Source: Octopus sinensis (taxonomy: Eukaryota). Taken from it: a stretch of 64,000 nucleotides of DNA. Positions 55,878-64,000 of this stretch are shown here, one piece after another (position 1 is the first letter of the stretch; each line of letters starts with the position of its first letter). Position numbers and translations under genes: made by a program. Location: the NCBI RefSeq assembly GCF_006345805.1, contig NC_042999.1, positions 47,678,001 to 47,742,000 of the forward strand. Reading direction: 5' to 3'. The notes under the pieces are model-generated. The model was not told where the DNA came from. It worked only from the letters and a program-made list of their open reading frames with translations, and did not search any database.

Positions 55878-56428
55878 CGACGGCGACGACGATAACGATG
55901 ACGATGATGATGATGATGATGATACTAATACATTCTACTATAGTCACGAGGCCTGAAATTTGAGGGAAGGATGTAAGCGATTATATCGACCAGATTGCTC
56001 AGCTGATACTTAATTTATCGACCTCAAAATGTTGAAAGGCGAAGTGCTCCACCAGCAGAAGTCGTGGAGGAGCATCATAGCTATGTGTTGAGAAAATTCT
56101 CTGGGGTTTGAATAGTTCATTTCTGGAAAAATGGGTATTTCTTTCAACATCTTTAAACAACATCCTTAATCAGGGACCTTTTGAGCGAGATGGGCTACTC
56201 AACCTAAAGAAAATTCTAACTGGGCCCCACTTGCAAGAATATACGCTGTTTCTCTTGATATGAGATCGCCATGTCACGCACATGTAGTTGTGCTCACTTG
56301 TGCTTGGTGTACACTTATCAGATGGGTAGTCATAATTGGTATAAAGGGCTTCGTATATTTTACCCCAGTGTCATTTTCATAGCAGACACTGCTCTCTTAA
56401 TAATAATAATAATATAATAATAATAATA

Positions 56429-56469
<41 letters not shown>

Positions 56470-56597
56470 AATAATAGTAATAATGATAATAATAATAATG
56501 ATAATAATAATAATAATAATAATAATGATGATGATGATGATGTTGATAATAATAATAATAATAATAATAATAAAATAATAATAATAATAATAATAAT

Positions 56598-56633
<36 letters not shown>

Positions 56634-56635
<2 letters not shown>

Positions 56636-58469
56636 ACCTCCAAACAAAAGAGGGATTCATGAAAACCCAAGACATCCCCATTAGAAGAGGAATATTCCAG
56701 GGAGACACGCTCTTTCCACTCCTTTTCTGCTTGGCACTGTCACCTCTATCTGATATGCTAAATAGAACTGGATGCGGATATAAATGTTACGGCAAAACGA
56801 TCAGCCACCTTTTATATATGGATGACCTAAAACTATACGCTGCAAATGACAAACAGCTGGAAACACTATTAAAGACAGTTCATGGATTTACCAAAGAAAT
56901 AGATATGAAATTTGGATTAGAAAAATGCGCCAAAGTAACCATGAAAAGAGGAAAACTAGTTAAGAGTAACAACATCACACTAGATAAAACCAATGAAATA
57001 AAACAATTAGACCAAAGCGAAACTTACAAATACTTAGGAATCCATGAACTAGATAAGAAACAACACACACAAATGAAAGAGAAAATAAAAAAAGAATATT
57101 ATAGACGAGTTAGATCAATACTAAACACAGAGCTCAATGCTAAAAACAAGATAATAGGTATCAACACTTTAGCTGTCCCAGTTATATGTTACAGCTACAA
57201 TATCCTTAACTGGACACGAAATGAACTGACCAAAATAGATAGGAAAACAAGAAAAATAATGACAGGATCTAGGATGCATCACCCAAAATCTGACATAGAA
57301 AGACTATATATACAACGTATAGAAGGTGGTGGATGCCTTATACAGCTGGAAAACTACTATAAAATAACCACCATAGGACTGCAAAAATATCTACTTCAGA
57401 AGGAAGGAAAACTGATCCAGATAGCGGCAAAACACGAGCAAAACAAAAAACTGTTCTCAGTATTTAAGGAAGCTGACAAATACAAACAAGAAATCATACC
57501 GCCTAATAAACATGAAGAAGAAGAAGATGAAGAAACAACAAAAGCTATAAAACAAATGAAATCCAAACTAAAAATAGAACAGCAACGAACCATGATAAAA
57601 CGATGGCAAGAAAAGCCCCTTCATGGTAAATACTGCACTAAACTAAACGCAAAAGAAATAGACAAAGAAAAATCCCAGCAATGGTTGAGAAGCTCAGGAC
57701 TCAAAGCAGAAACAGAGGGAATTTTAATTGCAGCACAAGACCAAGGCCTCCCCACCACCAGAAATTACCAAAAACATGTAATGAAAAGAAATATTACAAG
57801 TAACTGCAGAATATGTGGAGATGGACAAGAAACAATAAATCATATTATCTCTAGCTGCCCAGTCCTGGCTAAGAAGGAATATATTCACAGACATGACAGA
57901 GTTGGAACCTACATACATTGGAAGCTATGCCAACATTATGGAATAACAACAGAAAAAAGATGGTATAGGCACACACCAGAAAAGGTCACAGTAAACGAGA
58001 AAGCAACCATACTCTGGGATATGCCGATACACACAGATAGAGAAATTAAGGCCTACAGACCAGATATAGTTGTCAGAGACCATGAAGAAAAAAAAATGCT
58101 TTCTAATTGATGTATCAATACCGGCTGATGACAACGGTTCTCTAAAAGAAATGGAGAAACTCTCAAAATACAAAGACCTGGAAATAGAGGTAACTAGAAT
58201 GTGGAATCTGAAAACAGAAACAATTCCTATTATAGTAGGTGCATTAGGCATGATAAAAAAATATTCAAACAAATACATAACAAAAACACCAGGACTTACA
58301 AACACATATAACATACAGAAAATTGCACTACTAGGCACTGCACACATCCTACGCAGAACACTTTCCATACAATAACCATCAGAGCATCACAACAAACCAC
58401 ATCACATACCCAAGGCACACAGAGCTGCGCTCGGTAGTGAAATGAGAACACGCTATAAAAATAAAACTA

Positions 58470-58472
<3 letters not shown>
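56634..58472 (+). mobile_element. 5'-truncated R4/Dong-like non-LTR retrotransposon in (TAA)n
   Basis: RT motifs GIFQGDTLFPLLF, HLLYMDDLKLY, YKYLG; CCHC knuckle CRICG..ETINHIISSC; RHD; RPD..LIDVSIP..EKLSKY RLE motifs; (TAA)n on both sides, the known Dong target. Confidence 0.93.
56659..58375 (+). pseudogene. RT plus restriction-like endonuclease ORF, N-terminally truncated, one frameshift
   Basis: ORF 56659-58110 (483 aa) continues in ORF 58070-58375; the shift is in the A9 run at 58088-58096. Confidence 0.9.
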
Positions 58473-58503
<31 letters not shown>

Positions 58504-58744
58504 GTTTCAGATTTTGTCACCAAGGCAGCAAATTCGAATATGAATGCAACAAAGACGCAGCTCATATTTTAGTGTGAGATTATATTTGGTTGAAATAATC
58601 TGATTATTATATATTTAATGTGTGTTTCTATGTGTATCTGCAGTCTAGACGAAGCATAAGAGAGTGTGAAGCTTGTCCTATTTTAACATCATGTATTTAC
58701 CGTCCTTGAAAACACCTTGTAATTTTAGAATTTATATAAATGAT

Positions 58745-58940
58745 AGGTGCAGTAGTGGCTGCGTGGTAAGTAGATTGCTTACCAACCACATGCTTCTGGG
58801 TTCAGTCCCACTGCGTGGCACTTTGGGCAAGTGTCTTCTACTATAGCCTCGGGCCAACCAAAGCCTTGTGAGTGGATTTGCTAGACGGAAACTGAAAGAA
58901 GCTCGTCGTATATATGTGTATGTGTGTGTGTGTGTGTGTG
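58745..58940 (+). mobile_element. SINE family 2, 5' half
   Basis: agtggctgcgtggtaagtag...gggttcagtcccactgcgtggcactttgggcaagtgtcttc; ends in (TG)n. Confidence 0.88.
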
Positions 58941-60504
58941 ATGTATCACTGCCATTCGTAAGAAAATATATCATAGTTGTATTGCTTCCATAGAGATGTG
59001 ACTACGTTTTACACACGTACAATTATACAGTTGGTATCTGTAAGTCGAAAACCAAAGAGAAATCCTACAATAGTGTCAGCTAGTGCTTTGGTGACTACAA
59101 GTGAATGGCTGTGTGTATATAACGGTGTGCACGGAGCTTTGGAATAGTTTTAAAACATAAGACAAGTTTATTACAGTCGAGAGATAAGGGGAGGGTTTGA
59201 TGAGCATGGGAAAACAACCTTTCTATGGACAAGACTTAAGGTTTCGTTCGTTATTGACTCCGCACCAATCAGTCGAGTGGTACATCCTTGTTCTAACCAA
59301 TTATTTTAGTGTGTATACCTACAGCACCATTGCAGATTCGAGACAATGGCTACAATGTTGGACTCATTGGAGTATTAGATATATTTTGCGAATAATATCA
59401 TTCTTACATCACATATAATGTATACGTGTAGCAATGAATGCTCTTGTACAAATACGCAGAACAATATTTCCTATTTAATTTGTGTGAAGTAACATTAGTA
59501 TACTTGCTTAATTACTTTAGAAACAGAATCTTAATCACATTGAATCATGTTGAAGAGAAAAATAACAAAATAGACAATGTACTCCTTCAAAAAATTAGAT
59601 GATCTGAGTGATCTTCGCTTGAAAATTTTGATCAAAGATATCCTCGATTAGACATGACCTGTGGTTAAAATAAAATACATCACGATTGTTTGATATTTCA
59701 GCTCATTGAACAATAACTTAAATTAAATTGCATGATAAATTCTAGGAAGTTGGCCTGTATTTTCCTATGAATCACAAGAATACAAATTTGTGTGCCAGGA
59801 CATAGCTAACCTAATAAAATAAATAAATCATGACAACTTGTATCTTTAATAATATTATACAATATCTTGGGAATATATCTTCAACGTGCATTTCAGCTAA
59901 TGAGTGCGCTGCCAAATCTTAATATGTAACATATACTTGCTCAATACAGGTAACCCAATTTAAGTGTAATAATTTGCATCGTAAGATTCAATAACTGTTG
60001 ATCAATAATACAGAATTTTGCAATTCTTAGTGAGGTAATCTTACCGACCGAGCATATTACATGTTTGTATGTTTATATATATAAATATATGCGTGTTTGT
60101 GTGCGTGTGTATGCGCGTGCTTGCGTGCGTAATATATGTATATATATGAACCGAAAATGCAATTTACTAAGTCATTATAGAATTAGATATAATATTATCG
60201 CTCAGTATTTCTTCTCATTCTCACCTAGCAAACCGTCATTTGCAATGGATGTAAAGAAAGAATATTAAACAGGCAACTTTAGAAATGTCAGCTGGGCTCT
60301 ACTTGGGTACCGGACAGATATGACATTCATCAAGGCATGTTTAAAATCATATTCGCATTGTGCTCGTCTATTCAAATTAGATAATTATTAACCTAATATA
60401 TCTAGTGCTTTAATTCAGACCTAAGATATATCCACAGTTATTTTGCTTTTCTCAAGGAATACGTTAGCAGCGTTTACAAGGATGGTATACATACGTGGAG
60501 AAAA

Positions 60505-60735
60505 GGCGGCGAGCTGGCAGAAACGTTAGCAATCCGGGCGAAATGCTTACCGGTATTTCGTCTGTCGTTATGTTCTGAGTTCAAATTCCGCCGAGGTCGA
60601 CTTTGCCTTTCATCCTTTCGGGGTCGATTAAATAAGTACCAGTTACGCACTGGGGTCCATATAATCGACTTAATCCGTTTGTGTGTCTTTGTTTGTCCCC
60701 TCTGTGACTAGCCCCTTGTGGGCAGTAAAGAAATA
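60505..60735 (+). mobile_element. SINE family 1 with 19-bp target-site duplication
   Basis: TSD ggtatacatacgtggagaa (60484-60502) and ggtatacatatgtggataa (60736-60754). Confidence 0.93.
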
Positions 60736-61252
60736 GGTATACATATGTGGATAAGTGATAACATTTTGTAAAGAGAACAACCCGTACAAGAGTGTGATCA
60801 GTACAAACCATGTATAGATATATGACTGAACATGACATTCGTGCACATGGTCCAACGCATGAATATGTACAAGTCTACTAGTGTCTGCTCGTATGTCTGT
60901 GTATATAAGCTTTCTATTTTTGAAAATATAATAAACTTTCGAACAGACAGTCAACAGCAACGCCTGCTGGGTTCGGCTAATCCATAGTAATAGGGGGCAA
61001 ATACCCCGAAAATAATCTGCAATTGTTGAACCAACATGGAGAAGGTGATGACCGCCCCTGTTTGAAAGTTGTAATAACCATGGACTTTTCGAGCTAATCA
61101 ACGGCGGCATTTGTCCCAATTTTATGTACTGTCATGTTAGCTTGGCGATAACTATAAATACTCAGTACTGTTGCCGTAGTCTCCTTTAGAGAGATTTAGA
61201 AATAATAATAATAATGATGATGATGATTATGATGAAGAGGATGATGAGGATG

Positions 61253-61306
<54 letters not shown>

Positions 61307-61324
61307 GTAATAATTATAATAATG

Positions 61325-61958
61325 ATAATTCATATTATCTCTGGCTGCCCAGCCGTGGATAAGAAGGAATATATTCACAGACACGACAGAGTTGGGACCT
61401 ACATACAGTGGAACCTATGTCAACATTATGGAAGATAGTATTAAAAGATAGTATAGGCACACACCAGAAAAAGTCACAGAAAACGAGAAAGCAACTATAC
61501 TCTGGGATATGCAAATACACACAGGTAGAGAAATTAAGGTCAATAGGCCAGATATAGTTGTTAGAGATCATGAAGAAAACAAATGCTTTCTAATTGATGT
61601 ATCAATACCATCAGACGACAACATGTCTCTAAAGGAAATGGAGAAACTTTCAAAATACAAAGACCTCGAAATAGCGGTAATTCCAATGTAGAATCTAAAA
61701 ACAGAAACAATCCGTATCATAGTAGGCGCATTAGGTATGATGAAAAAATATTCAGGCAAATCTACAACAAAAACACCAGGACTTACAAATATATATAGCA
61801 TAGAGAAAATTGCACTACTGGACACTGCACACATCCTACACAAAACTCTTTCAATGGAGTAAAAATAAGAGCATCACAACAAATCACAGCACATACCAAG
61901 GCACACACAGCTTCGATCGGTAGTGAAGTGAAAGCACGCTATAAAAATAAAACTACTG
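61325..61958 (+). mobile_element. R4/Dong-like 3' fragment (tandem copy 1)
   Basis: IHIISGCPAVDKKEYIHRHDRVG...NRPDIVVRD...IDVSIP; same 3' end as 58472; premature stops. Confidence 0.9.
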
Positions 61959-61991
61959 AATCATGTTGAGGATGATAATAATAATAATGAC

Positions 61992-62040
<49 letters not shown>

Positions 62041-62115
62041 TTAATAATAATAATAATAATGATAATAATAATAATAATATTAATAATAATAACAGTAATA
62101 GTAATAATGATAATA

Positions 62116-62151
<36 letters not shown>

Positions 62152-62187
62152 TTAATAATAATAACAGTAATAGTAATAATGATAATA

Positions 62188-62232
<45 letters not shown>

Positions 62233-62291
62233 TAATAATAATAAATAATAATAATAATATAATAATAATAATAGTAATAATTATAATAATG

Positions 62292-62923
62292 ATAATTCAT
62301 ATTATCTCTGGCTGCCCAGCCGTGGATAGAAGGAATATATTCACAGACACGACAGAGTTGGGACCTACATACAGTGGAACCTATGTCAACATTATGGAAG
62401 ATAGTATTAAAAGATAGTATAGGCACACACCAGAAAAAGTCACAGAAAACGAGAAAGCAACTATACTCTGGGATATGCAAATACACACAGGTAGAGAAAT
62501 TAAGGTCAATAGGCAGATATAGTTGTTAGAGATCATGAAGAAAACAAATGCTTTCTAATTGATGTATCAATACCATCAGACGACAACATGTCTCTAAAGG
62601 AAATGGAGAACTTTCAAAATACAAAGACCTCGAAATAGCGGTAATTCCAATGTAGAATCTAAAAACAGAAACAATCCGTATCATAGTAGGCGCATTAGGT
62701 ATGATGAAAAAATATTCAGGCAAATCTACAACAAAAACACCAGGACTTACAAATATATATAGCATAGAGAAAATTGCACTACTGGACACTGCACACATCC
62801 TACACAAAACTCTTTCAATGGAGTAAAAATAAGAGCATCACAACAAATCACAGCACATACCCAAGGCACACACAGCTTCGATCGGTAGTGAAGTGAAAGC
62901 ACGCTATAAAAATAAAACTACTG
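62292..62923 (+). mobile_element. R4/Dong-like 3' fragment (tandem copy 2)
   Basis: Matches 61325-61958 apart from four single-base indels that I could see; same flanks. Confidence 0.9.
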
Positions 62924-62966
62924 AATCATGTTGAGGATGATAATAATAATAATGACAATAATAATA

Positions 62967-63000
<34 letters not shown>

Positions 63001-63072
63001 TAATAATAATATAATAATGATAATAATAATAATAATATTAATAATAATAACAGTAATAGTAATAATGATATA

Positions 63073-63103
<31 letters not shown>

Positions 63104-63141
63104 TATTAATAATAATAACAGTAATAGTAATAATGATAATA

Positions 63142-63187
<46 letters not shown>

Positions 63188-63249
63188 TAATAATAAGAAG
63201 AAGACTAATAATAATGATGATAATAATCATGATATATATACACACACAT

Positions 63250-63590
63250 ATATTCTTTTAATGTTGCGTGTTTCAGTCACATGACTCCGACCATACTGGA
63301 GCACCACCTTAAAGACTTTTAGTATTACACATACTGAAACTGCTACTATACAGGTACGTAAATACACCAATATCGGTTGTAAAGCGACGGTGGTGGGACA
63401 AACACAGTCACACGCACACATAAATATATATGTGTGTGTGTATGCGTGTGTGTTATGCGACGGGCTTCTTTCAGTGTTCGTCTACCAAAGCCTCTCACAA
63501 GTCTTGGGTCACCCGAGGCTACAGTAACATTCGACTGAACTCGGAACCATACGGTTGGGAAGCAAGATTCTTACCACAATTCCATGCTCC
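63250..63590 (-). mobile_element. SINE family 2, diverged
   Basis: tttcagtcacatgact...ctggagcaccacctt...cgacgggcttctttcagt...gactgaactcggaaccat. Confidence 0.75.
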
Positions 63591-63624
<34 letters not shown>

Positions 63625-63683
63625 ATATATATGTATGTATATGTATATATATATACACACACACATATATACACATATACAGA

Positions 63684-63718
<35 letters not shown>

Positions 63719-63745
63719 GTATATATATATATATTATATATATAT

Positions 63746-63808
<63 letters not shown>

Positions 63809-64000
63809 GTATGTATATGTATATATATATATACAGAGAGAATTTGAGAATTAAATATCTAAAAACCAACAGAATATATTTATGTATTCCCAAAACTTAT
63901 TTTGGACCAATTACGAATGAGCGTGTAAAATACAAAAAAAAAGAAAAAATGTGACAGGCATAAGTATCCTGTAATGATATTTCTGTTTATTTTTTTAATA

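Noticed and set aside
56060-56398. Complex sequence ending in (TAA)n, possibly a retroelement 3' end
   Set aside because: Single copy in the window and no coding motif, so it cannot be classified.

Overview
AT-rich, microsatellite-dense eukaryotic DNA with no recognisable host protein-coding exon; nearly all listed ORFs are (TA)n/(CA)n/(TAA)n artefacts. The repeats look like those of a coleoid cephalopod (Octopus-like; inferred from three recurring tRNA-derived SINE families, not confirmed by search). Recognisable mobile DNA: three SINE families, two RTE-clade LINE fragments, a cluster of R4/Dong-like restriction-like-endonuclease (RLE) retrotransposons in (TAA)n (one with a 483-aa RT/zinc-knuckle ORF), a rearranged mariner, a decayed Chapaev3-like transposase, two non-autonomous Helitrons and a foldback element. 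The main finding is five sequence-unrelated, ORF-less elements in or beside (TA)n tracts, each carrying a minimal type I hammerhead ribozyme (HHR). Four are inverted repeats with the ribozyme-containing arms pointing outward, and four families use four different 8-nt palindromes as stem III. This resembles the pseudo-LTRs (pLTRs) of Penelope-like elements (PLEs) and suggests a family of non-autonomous, TA-targeted foldback ribozyme retroelements. Coordinates were read by eye and may be off by a few bases.
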